DNA of 64,000 nucleotides from an uncultured Gemmatimonadales bacterium (GCA_963771275.1 CAVYSW010000003.1:992001-1056000); one strand, 5' to 3'. Shown: positions 22,820-33,888, counted from the stretch's first letter. Numbers and translations are program-made. The notes: generated by a model not told the origin, from the letters alone.

Positions 22820-23079
22820 GCCGCCTCGGGCGTGATCGGGGTGACGCATGGTTCGACGACGCCGTGCTGCCGCGGACGACGCACCGCGAGCTTCAACTGC
22901 TGGGTCAAGCACGTATACAGTTGACGACACCGGGCCAGGTGTCAACCTGCTACTGGTAGCAAGGGAGGATTGGTCGCGCGGCCAGCCACAGCTGGATGCG
23001 GTGCGACAGCAACGAGCCAAGTACCTGTGGCACTTGTTGTTAGCGAATCACCGCGGTGCGAAGGCGAGGATCGCCCGAC

Positions 23080-23116
23080 CCGGGTGGCAGGGCGCGGTTC
23101 GCGCCCCGCCACCCGG
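23080..23116 (-). terminator. 17-bp hairpin downstream of outer membrane protein gene
   Basis: Inverted repeat with one A/C mismatch that is a G-U pair on the minus strand. Confidence 0.6.
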
Positions 23117-23120
23117 CTTT

Positions 23121-23741
23121 TCACCCGCCGAACGGCACCCCCAGCCCAAGGTGCAGCTGGATGTCGAGCTGCCGGAGCTGCTGCGCGGTGGCCGTCGTTC
23201 CTTGATACTGCCCCGTGTAGGTGAACAGGTCAGCCCCCACATGCAGCCCGATCGGCCCGAGCCGAACCGCCGCGCCGCCGCCGAACACGCCGGAGACGTC
23301 CGTCGTGCCCGCCTCACTCGTGAACGCCACCCCGCCACGGCTCACGACCCCCACGCCGCCGTTCACGTAGAGCGACAGCGGGCTGGACGCCGGAATGAGA
23401 AACAGCACCACCTGCCCGGCACCCGTGAACAGCCGGGCCTTCTGCGAGGAGAGCGACGTGCCGCTGCTGTCGAGCTTGAAGGTGGTCGGCACATAGTTGC
23501 CGCTCAGGTCGATCCCGATCCGGTTGCCGAACCACAGGCCGACCCGGGCGCCGAACGAGAGGCCGGCCTCCAGCTTGTAGATGTCGGTCGTGGTGGCGAC
23601 GTCGTACATCGCCTTGGTCGGGACATACAGGCCGATCTGTGGCGACAGACTCAGGCGCTGGGCGTGCGCGACGCCTCCAGACGTCAGCGCCAGTACCATC
23701 CCTCCCACTACCAGCCATCCGCCGCGACGATTGACGGACAT
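23121..23741 (-). CDS. Small outer membrane beta-barrel protein
   Basis: Signal peptide AHA-Q, alternating hydrophobic strands, YVNGGVG, LGLGVPF near C-terminus. Confidence 0.75.
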   Translation of the reverse strand: MSVNRRGGWLVVGGMVLALTSGGVAHAQRLSLSPQIGLYVPTKAMYDVATTTDIYKLEAGLSFGARVGLWFGNRIGIDLSGNYVPTTFKLDSSGTSLSSQKARLFTGAGQVVLFLIPASSPLSLYVNGGVGVVSRGGVAFTSEAGTTDVSGVFGGGAAVRLGPIGLHVGADLFTYTGQYQGTTATAQQLRQLDIQLHLGLGVPFGG

Positions 23742-23848
23742 GATTCCCCCCCCGAACGCGTTTGGCGGGCGCCGCCGAATGCGGCGTCTCCTTCACGCCA
23801 ACCTAGGGACGCCGGCGGAGAGGATCGTGACCCGGGTCACGCTGCGTG

Positions 23849-24655
23849 TCAGGCGCCTCGCACGACGATGTCAAACGCGGCATCCGGAGTGGTCAAGCGG
23901 CTTGGCGTGCCGCCCTGCCGCGACGGCGGGATGATCTCGAAGCGCAGCAGGCGCGCGGCACCGGGCACCGCTCGCTCGCGGTGACCGCGCCACCAGACGT
24001 TCGCCCCGACGTGATGATGGTAGCCGTCATAGGCCAGAAACAACGCGCCGGGATAGCTCCGCACGGTGACCTCCATACCGAGCTGGCCGGCGAATAGCCG
24101 TTCCGCCACATCCAGGTCGGCGACGCTGAGGTGGATGTGCCCGACAACGGTCCCGGCGGGCAGGCCGGCCCCCGCCGGCTCGCCGTCATCCGCCGCGTCG
24201 GCGAGCAGCCCGCGCAGATCGAGTCGCTCCGTACGCATTACGAGCTCGCCATCCGATCGGCGCCACGCCGCCCGCGGCCGGTCGGCGTAGATCTCGATTC
24301 CGTGGCCGTCCGGATCGGCGAGATACAGCGCCTCGCTCACCGTATGGTCCGCGGCGCCCTGGAGCGGCCACCCGGCGGCCTGCAGCCCGGCGAGCGCCCG
24401 CGCGAGGTCGCGGCGCCGCGGCACGAGGAGGGCAACGTGATATAGCCCGGGCCCGACTCCCGCCGGTGTCGCGGCCCCTCCGGAGAGCGCCAGCAGGACC
24501 GTTCCGCCGGGCTCGGCGAGCAGCACGCGCCCGTCGTCCTGCGGTGTGGGGACCATCCCGAGAACGTCCCGGTAGAAGGCGAGCGAGCGGTCGAGATCGG
24601 TGACCGTGAGGTCTACGCGACCGATCCGACGCGCTGGGGCAGGCACAATCGACAT
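23849..24655 (-). CDS. VOC-family protein (catechol 2,3-dioxygenase/glyoxalase, CatE-like)
   Basis: SLAFYRDVLG, GLYHVALL, DHTVSEALYLADPDGHGIEIY, GHIHL, GYHHHVGAN. Confidence 0.88.
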   Translation of the reverse strand: MSIVPAPARRIGRVDLTVTDLDRSLAFYRDVLGMVPTPQDDGRVLLAEPGGTVLLALSGGAATPAGVGPGLYHVALLVPRRRDLARALAGLQAAGWPLQGAADHTVSEALYLADPDGHGIEIYADRPRAAWRRSDGELVMRTERLDLRGLLADAADDGEPAGAGLPAGTVVGHIHLSVADLDVAERLFAGQLGMEVTVRSYPGALFLAYDGYHHHVGANVWWRGHRERAVPGAARLLRFEIIPPSRQGGTPSRLTTPDAAFDIVVRGA

Positions 24656-24664
24656 GGGCGTGAT

Positions 24665-25918
24665 CTACTGCCGCAGCGCCGCCAGGCGCCGCGCGACCGC
24701 CGCGCGCCGGTCGTCCGTCGCTTCGCTGAGCGCGAGGAACTTGGCGTATTGCGCCGCGGCCCCCTCCCGGTCATCGAGCCGTTGGAGTGCGAGACCCCGT
24801 AGCAGGTAGGGCTCCGCCCAGTACGGCTCGCGCTCGAGCAGCGGCTCCAGCGTCGTGGCGGCGGCGCGGCTGTCACCGCTGCCGTAGTAGTGGTTGGCGA
24901 GCGTCAGGCGGGCCACCGCGGCGTCGGGGGCAACCTCCAGCGCCAGCTCGAGCTCCTTCCGGGCGCCGGCCGTATCGCCCGCGGCCGCCAGCAGTCTGCC
25001 AAGCCGGACGTGGGCGGGATAGAACGCAAGATCTTCGACCAGCGCCCGGCCGTACGCTTCCCGCGCGCCCGCCGTGTCGCCCGCGCTCTCCAACGCGACG
25101 CCGAGGCTGTGCTCCAGCAGCGCCTTGGATTCGTAGACCCGGATCGTCACGCTCTCGTCGCGACGCCGCAGCTCGTCGATCGCCCACTGCAACTCGACCT
25201 GGGCCGAGTCCCGGCGTCCGCTGAGGTAGAACGCGCGCCCGCGTTGTGCATGGAGCCGGCTGCGATAGTCGTGCTCGTCGCCGGGAGCCTTGCGCAGCGC
25301 TTCCGCGTAGTACCTCAGCGCGTCGGGCAACCGCCGCTCGGCATACGCCAGCCACGCTCGCCACCACGCCGCCGCCGGGGTCCTCAGGTACAACTCCACC
25401 GCGTTCTTCACCTCCTGGCGCATGCGCTCCACGTCGGACGCCAGATAGCGCTGTCGGAGGTCGGCCATCGTCCGCTCGGTCAGGTATGCCATGATGACGT
25501 CGCGCTCGAGATCCTCATAGACGAACGGATCGACCTCCAGCGCGCGCAGGCGCAGCGAGTCCAGCTGGCGTGCCTCGGGCGACTCGATGACCGACCTCGC
25601 CCCCTCCATGAAGGACACCAGCCGGTCCGGGCGCGACAGGATCAGCGCGTCCCGGCGCGCATAGAGCGGGTCGGCCCAGTCCGGCGCGAGGCGCGAGGCC
25701 CAGAAGAACGCGTCCGCGGCCACACCGGCACGGCCCGCGCGCAGGCGCTCCACGCCGAACGCGTAGTACGCCGCGGCGCTGTTCGTATCGGCTCCCTGGG
25801 AAAGGCGGGGCCGCCCGGGAGCCTGACCCTGGGCACGCACCCCGGCCGGGGTCGTGACGAGGACCGCCAACAGCAACGCCCCTCCGGCGAAGGAGCCCGA
25901 TCGAGGCAGTGACATCAT
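24665..25918 (-). CDS. Secreted TPR-repeat protein
   Basis: Signal peptide, repeated helical TPR motifs (AREAYGRALVED, ALEVAPD, EPYLLRG). Confidence 0.8.
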   Translation of the reverse strand: MMSLPRSGSFAGGALLLAVLVTTPAGVRAQGQAPGRPRLSQGADTNSAAAYYAFGVERLRAGRAGVAADAFFWASRLAPDWADPLYARRDALILSRPDRLVSFMEGARSVIESPEARQLDSLRLRALEVDPFVYEDLERDVIMAYLTERTMADLRQRYLASDVERMRQEVKNAVELYLRTPAAAWWRAWLAYAERRLPDALRYYAEALRKAPGDEHDYRSRLHAQRGRAFYLSGRRDSAQVELQWAIDELRRRDESVTIRVYESKALLEHSLGVALESAGDTAGAREAYGRALVEDLAFYPAHVRLGRLLAAAGDTAGARKELELALEVAPDAAVARLTLANHYYGSGDSRAAATTLEPLLEREPYWAEPYLLRGLALQRLDDREGAAAQYAKFLALSEATDDRRAAVARRLAALRQ

Positions 25919-25986
25919 ACCCGGTGAACGCGACACGGGCGGGAAGCTATGGCCTCCCGCCCGTGCGTCAAACCCTGTCCGGCGCG

Positions 25987-26826
25987 CTACTTCGTGAACG
26001 TCGTGATCAGTGTGCCGTCGCCAAGGCCGCCCTGATCGCCGGTCCCGTTGAACGAGCCGGTGAACGTCTGGGGCGACTTCCCCTTCACATACACCGTGAC
26101 GACGTAGTTGGTGGACGCCGCACTGCAGTTGGACCAGTAGTCCAGTCGCACGATGTACGAGCCGCTCGGCGCCGTGCCGCTGGGCCACGTGACGTTCTCG
26201 TTGCGGGGTTGATCCGTCCCGCAGGCCGCGTTCGAGTCGAGGTCGAGCTCGCCGCCGGACGCGGCAGAACTGTTCCCGTAGTAGATCTCCTCGCCGCTCG
26301 GATCCACGACGTGGAGGTCCACGTCGGCCGCGGTGTTCCACGACACGCTCACCTGGACATCGCCGGTGCCGACCGTCACCAGGGCCACGCTCTGGCTGGC
26401 ATACGCGCCGATCGTCGTGGCGCTCGCGCCCGCGGCCAGCGACAGCGTGAAGGACGCCGTCGGGATCTGCTGGGCCAAGGTGATCACGAGGTTCGCCGCG
26501 TTGGTCGCCGCCGGGAGCGTGAGCTGGTAGTAGTCCGACTGCCCGTCCACGGCAATGATCACGACCGTGAACTGATCGGCGCTCGTCAGCCCCACCTCGG
26601 AGCTGCCGCCGTTGATCGCCTGGGACGGGGCGGTGGCGCTCACCGTGGGGCCGGCCGCGGCGGTGGGCGCGTTGCCGCGCACCAGGGTCGCCGTCACGGT
26701 GCCGCCGGCCAGGGCCACTTTGGCCAGGTACTGCTGGATGCCCGTGAGGGGGGCCGTCGAATCACTGCAACTCAGCACCGCTGCCGCGCACGCGACCGCG
26801 AAGACACTGCGCACTACCGCTCGCAT
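25987..26826 (-). CDS. Lipoprotein with YfaP/DUF2135-like domain
   Basis: Lipobox VLSC; VQVSVSWNTAADVDLHVVDPSG...GGELDLDSN...ENV; AAGGAG RBS. Confidence 0.8.
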   Translation of the reverse strand: MRAVVRSVFAVACAAAVLSCSDSTAPLTGIQQYLAKVALAGGTVTATLVRGNAPTAAAGPTVSATAPSQAINGGSSEVGLTSADQFTVVIIAVDGQSDYYQLTLPAATNAANLVITLAQQIPTASFTLSLAAGASATTIGAYASQSVALVTVGTGDVQVSVSWNTAADVDLHVVDPSGEEIYYGNSSAASGGELDLDSNAACGTDQPRNENVTWPSGTAPSGSYIVRLDYWSNCSAASTNYVVTVYVKGKSPQTFTGSFNGTGDQGGLGDGTLITTFTK

Positions 26827-26954
26827 GGATGCTCTCCTTGAAGAACACTGGGGTTCCGTACGGGACCGGCCTCGAACGAGACAAGATACATACACGGCGG
26901 TGGCTGGGCGTGATCCACGTCACGCCCCGGCCCGGCCCGCTCCCGCCGCGCAGC

Positions 26955-29060
26955 TCAGCCGCCCCGCTGCCCCGGCTGGTCGATCAGCCAATGCACGAGC
27001 CACGACCGGATCCGTTCCAGCCGGTCCACCAGGAGCCACGGCTCGCCGGTCCGCGACAGCCCATGCGACGACCGCGGGTACCGCACGAGCTCGACCGGGA
27101 CCTGGCGCTTCTTGAGCGCCATGAACCACTGCTCGCCCTCGGCCATCGGTGTCCGGTAGTCGTTCTCGCCCTCGATGATCAGGGTCGGCGCGGTGACGTG
27201 CTCGACGTACGAGATCGGGGAAAGCCGGCGATAGCGCTCCCGCTCCGCCCATGGCGACCCGAAGAACGCGTAGTCGGTGAGCCCCTGCGCGTCCGATGCG
27301 CCGTACCAGCTCTCCCAGTTGGCGATCGAGCGGCTGGTGACCGCCGCGGCGAAGCGGTTGGTCGTGGCCGTGAGCCAGTTGGTCATGTACCCGCCGTAGC
27401 TCCCCCCCGAGACGCCGAGCCGCTTGGGATCGATCTCGGGGTACTTGGCCAGCGCGGCGTCCACGCCCTTGAGATAGTCCTCCGAGTCCACTTCGCCCCA
27501 CGCGCCCCGCGTCGCCCACTGGTACTTGTGACCGTATCCGGTCGAACCGCGGGGGTTGGTGTACAGCACGAACATCCCCGCCCCGGAGAGGATGTGGAAC
27601 GTGTCGAAGTAGGTGTTGCCGTAGGCGCCGTACGGCCCGCCGTGGATCTTGAGCACCATCGGGTACTTCCTGCCCGGCTGGAACCCGACCGGCTTCACCA
27701 CCCAGCCCTCGATCTCGGTTCCGTCTGCCACCCGCCAGGTGAGGCGCTCGGCGGGCATGCGGACGGTCTCGGCGAGCCAGGCGCCGTTGAACGAGGTCGC
27801 CCGCGTTTCGCCCCGCCCGTCACCCAGCGCCACGAACACCTCCGCCGGCGTCACGGCGTCGGTCGCCGTGTACGCCATGACCCGCCCGTCGCCGCTCCAC
27901 GAAACGGCGTTGAGCTGGCGGTCACCGGTCGTGATCTGTCGCACCGCCCCACCCGTCGCCGCGACTTCGAACACCTGCGCGTTGCCACCGATCCCCGCCT
28001 CCCAGTGCAGCGCCCGCGAGTCGGCGGTCCACGACGGGCTCTCGGGAATCAGGTCCCAGTCCCCCGTGAGATTCATCGGCTCGCCCGCGAAGCCCCCGTC
28101 GGCGCCGAGCGCCACGACCATGATCTCGGGCTGGCTGCCGCGCTCGGCGGTGGCGACGTAGGCCAGCATCTTCCCGTCGGGGGAGACCGCCGGCGCGGTT
28201 TCCGAGCCGGGGTTCCTCGTCAGGGCTCGGGGCTCGCCGCCCGCGACGGCGACGGCGTAGACCTGCTGCGTGTTCTCCTCGTTGTACTCGTTGTCCTGCT
28301 CGGGATTGCCGGTGAAATAGAGCGTGCGGCCGTCGCGGCTCCACACCACGCCGCCCACGTCGAACGGCAGGCTCGTGAGCTGCCGCGGCTCGCCGCCCGC
28401 GGCCGGCACCACGAACAGCTGGCTCTTCTTGCGGATCGACGGATCGGGCAGCAGTGCCAACGTGCCATCCCGCTTGTAGCGGATCGCCGTGACCACCCGG
28501 CCGTCGAACCGCTTGGCGTCGAGCGTGTGGCTGATCGCGTTGGCCGCGATCCACCCTTCTCGCTGCCCCCCTGCCTCTCTGCCCCCTTCCTGCTCGTCTT
28601 CCCCGCCCGGCGCCCGCGTGTACGCGATCCAGTTTCCGTCAGGCGACCAGACCGGCGAGCCGTTCACCCCGGCGATGTGGTACGCCTCGCCGCCCGGCGC
28701 CGTAACGCGGGCGAACCAGACGGAGTTCCGGTCGTCACCGCGCCGGGAGGAGAATGCCAGCACGGCGCCGTCCGGCGCCCAGCGTGGGGCCGACGACTCC
28801 ACGGTGGGGTCGGTGAACCGGAACGGCGCCCCGGTGGGGCGCCCGCGGTCGAGCCGCTGGAGCCAGATCTCCTGGTGCCGCCGGTTCTTGTCTTCGACCA
28901 CGGTCTGCACCGTGAACGCGACGTAGTCACCGGTGGGTGACACCTGGACGTCGCTCACGAACGTCATGCGGTAGTAGTCCTGCGGGAGGACGCCGCGGGT
29001 CTGGGCCGCGGCCGGTCCGGCCGCGCCAAACAGGAGGACGCCGAGGATGAGTCCACGCAT
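26955..29060 (-). CDS. S9-family peptidase (dipeptidyl aminopeptidase/acylaminoacyl peptidase)
   Basis: Signal peptide, WSPDG propeller repeats, IHGGP, GGSYGG nucleophile, END and SSH catalytic residues. Confidence 0.92.
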   Translation of the reverse strand: MRGLILGVLLFGAAGPAAAQTRGVLPQDYYRMTFVSDVQVSPTGDYVAFTVQTVVEDKNRRHQEIWLQRLDRGRPTGAPFRFTDPTVESSAPRWAPDGAVLAFSSRRGDDRNSVWFARVTAPGGEAYHIAGVNGSPVWSPDGNWIAYTRAPGGEDEQEGGREAGGQREGWIAANAISHTLDAKRFDGRVVTAIRYKRDGTLALLPDPSIRKKSQLFVVPAAGGEPRQLTSLPFDVGGVVWSRDGRTLYFTGNPEQDNEYNEENTQQVYAVAVAGGEPRALTRNPGSETAPAVSPDGKMLAYVATAERGSQPEIMVVALGADGGFAGEPMNLTGDWDLIPESPSWTADSRALHWEAGIGGNAQVFEVAATGGAVRQITTGDRQLNAVSWSGDGRVMAYTATDAVTPAEVFVALGDGRGETRATSFNGAWLAETVRMPAERLTWRVADGTEIEGWVVKPVGFQPGRKYPMVLKIHGGPYGAYGNTYFDTFHILSGAGMFVLYTNPRGSTGYGHKYQWATRGAWGEVDSEDYLKGVDAALAKYPEIDPKRLGVSGGSYGGYMTNWLTATTNRFAAAVTSRSIANWESWYGASDAQGLTDYAFFGSPWAERERYRRLSPISYVEHVTAPTLIIEGENDYRTPMAEGEQWFMALKKRQVPVELVRYPRSSHGLSRTGEPWLLVDRLERIRSWLVHWLIDQPGQRGG

Positions 29061-29224
29061 GCGGAAGCTCCGAGGGTCGAGAGTCGTGGCAACGGAACGG
29101 TGTAAGATGGCGGCGGCGGACGGGAGTGGCGAGGGGCGAGGCGTGCAGCGTGTAGCGTGTAGCGAGAAACGGGAAACGACGTTGTCTCGGTCGGCTCCCG
29201 TTTCCCCTTTCCCGCCTCCCCCGC

Positions 29225-29929
29225 CTATCGCCCCGGCATCTTCATCTCGCGATAGTCGCTTGGTGGGGCGAACAACCCCGGGTCGAGCGACTTCTTCTCG
29301 ACCTGGGTCGCGACCATGCTCATCTCGTTCTTGTCGGATTTCCTGAAATCCATCTTGAGAAGAAAGGCGCCGTCCTTCAACGTCTTGGCGAATTCCGCCG
29401 CGCCGGGCGGCAGGCTGCCCATCCCCGGCATCCGGCCCATCCCGCTCATCGGCCCGCCGCCCGCGGGCACGCTGAGCCCCATGAACGTGCCCATGCCCTT
29501 GGCCAGACAGAAGTCCGCCTGCGTATCGTCCTTGCTCTGCGTCATCCGGTAGTGCTCGCAGCTGATCCCGGCGATCGTCTCCTTCTGCCCCGTGGGCTCG
29601 AACTTGACGTCCGGATCCGGATGCGCGCGGTCCTGGAGATTCTGCGCCATCGCTCCCACGTTCATCGTGATGTACATCTTCTGTGCAGGCATCAGCGCCG
29701 TCATCGTGCCCGACGCGAGATCCATCAGCATGACGGCCATCTGCCCGCCCGCGTTCATCTCGACCCGCGTCTTCGCACCCTTGATGTAGTACACCGGGTC
29801 CATCGCCTGGCCGCCCTGCCCGGTCATGCGGTAGTGCACCACCCCCTCGAAGCTCCCCTGCGCGGCGAGGCCGCCGGAGCCGAGCATCAGGGCGGTCGGG
29901 ACGAGCAGGCACAACGGTGAGCGGACCAT
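29225..29929 (-). CDS. DUF4412-like secreted protein
   Basis: Signal peptide, FEGVVHY, TGQKETIAGISCEHY, LFAPPSDY. Confidence 0.75.
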   Translation of the reverse strand: MVRSPLCLLVPTALMLGSGGLAAQGSFEGVVHYRMTGQGGQAMDPVYYIKGAKTRVEMNAGGQMAVMLMDLASGTMTALMPAQKMYITMNVGAMAQNLQDRAHPDPDVKFEPTGQKETIAGISCEHYRMTQSKDDTQADFCLAKGMGTFMGLSVPAGGGPMSGMGRMPGMGSLPPGAAEFAKTLKDGAFLLKMDFRKSDKNEMSMVATQVEKKSLDPGLFAPPSDYREMKMPGR

Positions 29930-29991
29930 GTGAAGCGACTCCTTGCGAAACGTTATCGTGAATGAGGCGCGACTCCGCGTCGCACCCAGTG

Positions 29992-30471
29992 TCATGGACC
30001 CTGCCGGTTTGGCGACTGCACCCGCCGGCGCAGCCCACGGGCTTCCTCCGGCGTGTACCCCGCCGCCACGAGCCGCCGCTCCGCGTCGAGCGCCTTCACC
30101 GCGCCCTGCAGCGCGTCGAGGCCCACCGCGGCACAGCGCTCGCGAAACCCCACCACCTCCCGGCCGACCAGGTCGAGGTGCCCCTCGAGCGTCATCGCCC
30201 GCACCTCCGCCAGCGTCGGCCGCGTGCGGTTGATCCGCTGAACCAGAAGCGAGGCCGCACCTTGGCTGATGGTACAACCGCTCCCCTCGAACGCCACGGC
30301 CTCGATGTGCTCACCATCGGGCGCGACCTTGACGTGGACACTCACTACATCACCGCATCCGGGGTTGCCCGCCCCGACCACGATGTCCGCGTCCGGGATA
30401 GCGCCCCGATGGCGCGGGTGGCGCTGGTGATCCACCAAGCGCTCGATCAGCTGCTCGCGGCTCAGCGTCAT
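29992..30471 (-). CDS. SufU/IscU-like Fe-S scaffold or sulfur-acceptor protein
   Basis: HPRHRG, NPGCGD, FEGSGCTISQGAAS, RERCA (three conserved Cys). Confidence 0.88.
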   Translation of the reverse strand: MTLSREQLIERLVDHQRHPRHRGAIPDADIVVGAGNPGCGDVVSVHVKVAPDGEHIEAVAFEGSGCTISQGAASLLVQRINRTRPTLAEVRAMTLEGHLDLVGREVVGFRERCAAVGLDALQGAVKALDAERRLVAAGYTPEEARGLRRRVQSPNRQGP

Positions 30472-30478
30472 CGCGTCC

Positions 30479-31369
30479 TCACCGCTCGATCGGCGCGCGC
30501 ACCAGATTGCCCCACTCGGTCCAGGAGCCGTCGTAGTTCCGGACGTGCGCGAAGCCGAGCAGGTACGTGAGCGCGAACCACGTGTGCGACGACCGCTCGC
30601 CGATCCGGCAGTACGCGATCACGTCGTCCGTCGGCGCGAGGCCCTGTTCCGCGACGTAGATCGCCCTGAGCTCCTCGGCGGTGCGGAACACGTGCGTGTC
30701 GGGGTCGACGGCCCGGGCCCACGGGACGTTCCGCGCACCGTGAATGTGCCCGCCGCGGACGGCGCCTTCGTTGGGATAGTCCGGCATGTGCAGCCGCTCG
30801 CCGCGATACTCCTCCGGGCTCCGCACGTCCACCAGCGGCTCCCCCGCGGCAATGTGCGCGAACACGTCGTCCCGCAGCGCGCGGATCTCGCCGTCGTGGC
30901 GCGGGCCCACCACGATCGTACCACGCGGCACCGTCGGGACCTCCCGCACGAGCGGCCGCCCCTCCTGCTCCCAGCGCGCCCGCCCGCCGTCCATGATCTT
31001 CAGGTTGAACGGCCCGAACAGCCCGAAGACCCAGAACGCATAGGTCGCCCACCAGTTGTCCTTGTCGCCATAGAGGACGATCATCGTGTCCCGGTTGATG
31101 CCCTTGGCGCGGAGCAGCTCCTGGAACCGGTCGCTGTCCACGTAGTCGCGCGTCACCGGATCGTTGAGATCGCCCACCCAGTCGATCTTCAGCGCCGCCG
31201 GGATGTGGCCGATCTCGTAGAGCAACAGGTCCTCGTCCGACTCGAGCAGGCGCACCTTCCGGTCGTGCAGGTGGTCCGCGACCCACTGGGTGGACACCAG
31301 CACCTCGGGGCGCGCGTAGCCACGCCGCTCGATCGGCGCGACCGCGGGGGCCGACTGCATCCTCGCCAT
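30479..31369 (-). CDS. Tandem-rhodanese thiosulfate sulfurtransferase (SseA/CysA-like)
   Basis: [20 protein letters not shown], active site [24 protein letters not shown]. Confidence 0.93.
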   Translation of the reverse strand: MARMQSAPAVAPIERRGYARPEVLVSTQWVADHLHDRKVRLLESDEDLLLYEIGHIPAALKIDWVGDLNDPVTRDYVDSDRFQELLRAKGINRDTMIVLYGDKDNWWATYAFWVFGLFGPFNLKIMDGGRARWEQEGRPLVREVPTVPRGTIVVGPRHDGEIRALRDDVFAHIAAGEPLVDVRSPEEYRGERLHMPDYPNEGAVRGGHIHGARNVPWARAVDPDTHVFRTAEELRAIYVAEQGLAPTDDVIAYCRIGERSSHTWFALTYLLGFAHVRNYDGSWTEWGNLVRAPIER

Positions 31370-31528
31370 GTGCACCTCCTCCGTCCAAGCAGCCAACATC
31401 CTGACCACGACGCCAGATGATAGACAAATATGACACGAATGGTCGGCTTTGCGATGCACCGGCTGGCGGCCCGCCGTTTCCCGCGCCACACTTTGCCGGG
31501 CAATCTCCTCGCGCGATCTGGAGCCGAC

Positions 31529-33115
31529 ATGCGACGACCCTGCATTGACCCGCGCCCAGCCCGGCGCATCCAAGCAGCCCTGCTCGTTGTGCTCGCCACC
31601 GCCGCGTGCACCGCGTGGCCCCAGGCGGCGGCCCAGCAGCGTGTCGACTTCCGGAAGCTCGACGCCTATTTCGCCCAGGCCCGCGCCGACTGGCAGGTGC
31701 CGGGCATGGCCGTCGCCATCGTCAAGGACGGCCAGGTCGTCTTCGAGCGGGGCTATGGCGTCCGCCACGCGACCGACGGCGGCCCGGTGGACGCGCACAC
31801 GCTGTTCGCCATCGCCTCGAACACCAAGGCCTTCACGGCGGCCTCCCTCGCGATCCTTGTGGACGAAGGCAAGCTCGGCTGGGACACGCGCGTCACCGAC
31901 CTGCTGCCCTACTTCCAGCTGTACGACCCGTACGTCACGCGCGAGATGCGCGTGCGCGACCTCCTGTCCCACCGCAGCGGGCTCGGCACGTACAGCGGCG
32001 ACCTGCTGTGGTACGGCACTGGCTACACCGCCGAGGAGGTCGTCACGCGCGCCCGCCACCTCGCCCCGGCGCGCGGGTTCCGCGAAGGCTACGGCTACTC
32101 GAACCTCATGTTCATCGCGGCGGGCGAGCTCATCCCCGCCGTCACCGGCTTCCGCTGGGACGCCTTCGTCACGACCCGCATCCTGGAGCCACTCGGCATG
32201 AGCGAGACCGTGACGTCGGTGAGCCAGCTCACCGGGCGCGCCAACGTCGCCAACCCCCATACGGAGAAGGACGGCCGGGTCGTCCCGGTTTCATGGTACC
32301 CGTGGGACGCCATGGGGTCCGCGGGCGGGATCATCTCCTCCGCCCACGACATGGCCAAGTGGCTCATCCTGCAGCTGGGGCGCGGCGTGGTGAACGGCAC
32401 GCGCCTGTTCAGCGAGGACCAGTCGCGGCGCATGTGGACGCCGCACATCCCCATCCCGATCGGCACCACCACCGAAAAGCGGTTTCCCTCGACCCACTTC
32501 CAGAGCTACGGGCTGGGCTGGAGCCTGCGCGACTACCGCGGCCGGAAGATCGTGCTGCACGGCGGGGCGTACGACGGCATGTTCTCGCAGGTGGTGCTGG
32601 TGCCCGAGGAGCGGCTCGGGCTCGTGATCCTCACCAACGCCACCACGAGCCTGCAGTCGGCCCTGTGGTACACGATCGTGGACGCCTACCTCGGCGCGCC
32701 GGATGCCGACTGGAGCCGGGATTTCCTCACGCGGGCACGGCAGGAACGTCGCACGGAGATCACCCGCTGGGAGGAATGGACGGCAAAGCGCGTGGCGGGC
32801 ACGGCGCCGTCACGCCGTCTCGCGGATTACGCCGGCACCTATGGCGGGCCGATGTACGGCGACGTGACCGTGACGCAGGAGCACGGCGGACTGGTGGTGC
32901 GGTTCCTGCCGGCACCTGACTTCGTGGGCGACCTCACGCACTGGCACTACGACGTGTTCCGCATCCACTGGCGGCACGCGTTCCCCTGGTTCGGCGACGG
33001 ACTCGTGCAGTTCCGGCTCGACGACCAGGGAAACGTGACCGACATGCGGATCGACGTGCCCAACGACGACTTCTGGTTCACGGAGCTCGCGCTCACGCGC
33101 CGCGCGGCGCCGTAG
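31529..33115 (+). CDS. Serine hydrolase (beta-lactamase family) with C-terminal DUF3471-like domain
   Basis: SxxK (ASNTK), LLSHRSG, YSN, HGG motifs. Confidence 0.9.
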   Translation: MRRPCIDPRPARRIQAALLVVLATAACTAWPQAAAQQRVDFRKLDAYFAQARADWQVPGMAVAIVKDGQVVFERGYGVRHATDGGPVDAHTLFAIASNTKAFTAASLAILVDEGKLGWDTRVTDLLPYFQLYDPYVTREMRVRDLLSHRSGLGTYSGDLLWYGTGYTAEEVVTRARHLAPARGFREGYGYSNLMFIAAGELIPAVTGFRWDAFVTTRILEPLGMSETVTSVSQLTGRANVANPHTEKDGRVVPVSWYPWDAMGSAGGIISSAHDMAKWLILQLGRGVVNGTRLFSEDQSRRMWTPHIPIPIGTTTEKRFPSTHFQSYGLGWSLRDYRGRKIVLHGGAYDGMFSQVVLVPEERLGLVILTNATTSLQSALWYTIVDAYLGAPDADWSRDFLTRARQERRTEITRWEEWTAKRVAGTAPSRRLADYAGTYGGPMYGDVTVTQEHGGLVVRFLPAPDFVGDLTHWHYDVFRIHWRHAFPWFGDGLVQFRLDDQGNVTDMRIDVPNDDFWFTELALTRRAAP

Positions 33116-33126
33116 CCGCCGGCCCG

Positions 33127-33888
33127 CTATTTCCCCGCCAACGCCTTGATCTCGGGTGGCAGCGCGAAGACCGAATCCGGCGGCGGCGTGGTTTCGATTG
33201 ACGTAAACGTGGTGATGATCTGCTGCATGCCCATGATGTTCTGTACCGTCTTGAACGGCATCAGCACGCCGTCCACCGGCCGCCAGTCGGACGCGGTCGT
33301 CACCACCTCGATATTCCCCTGCGGGCTCGCTTGCTGGCGGATGCCGCCGACCTGCAGCCCGGTCTCCTTCTCGAAGAACTCGGTGTACTCCTCACCCCAG
33401 GTCGTGGTGACCTTGACCTTGTAGCACAGCTTGCCTTCGAACGTCGTGTCGGCCACCGTCTCGAGGGACTTGACCACACTGTCGGGGTAGAGCATCGTCC
33501 CGTAGAAGTCGGCCGCCTGCCGCATCTGCTTGAGCAGCAGCGAGTCGAGCAGCATCGGGCCGGTCATCGGGTTGCTGGACCAACCCACCGCTCCATCGTA
33601 GCCGGTGCGCATGGTGCCGATGCCGGCGATCGTCGCATTCTGGACCATCTTGTTGGGCGCTTCGGCCCAGAGATCGATGTCCCCGGACATGCCCTGCGCC
33701 GGGATCTCCAGCTTGCCCACCACGTGGCGCGCGGTCTGGCGCATGATCGCGTCGCGCCCCCCGATGGCCGTGATGAACCGCTCGATCACCGACCGCCCGT
33801 CGGGGAGCGCCTGCTGCGCCCGGCCCACTGATGGGACCGCCGCCAGCACCAGCGCGGCGAGGGTGATGGTGCTTCGCATCCGCTTCAT
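33127..33888 (-). CDS. Secreted hypothetical protein (possible LolA-like fold)
   Basis: Signal peptide; VIERFITAIGG, GYDGAVGW, DWRPVDGVLMPF, DSVFALP. Confidence 0.7.
   Translation of the reverse strand: MKRMRSTITLAALVLAAVPSVGRAQQALPDGRSVIERFITAIGGRDAIMRQTARHVVGKLEIPAQGMSGDIDLWAEAPNKMVQNATIAGIGTMRTGYDGAVGWSSNPMTGPMLLDSLLLKQMRQAADFYGTMLYPDSVVKSLETVADTTFEGKLCYKVKVTTTWGEEYTEFFEKETGLQVGGIRQQASPQGNIEVVTTASDWRPVDGVLMPFKTVQNIMGMQQIITTFTSIETTPPPDSVFALPPEIKALAGK

Noticed and set aside
31529..33115. Antibiotic-resistance beta-lactamase
   Set aside because: HGG instead of KTG, plus the C-terminal extension, indicates a generic serine hydrolase or peptidase
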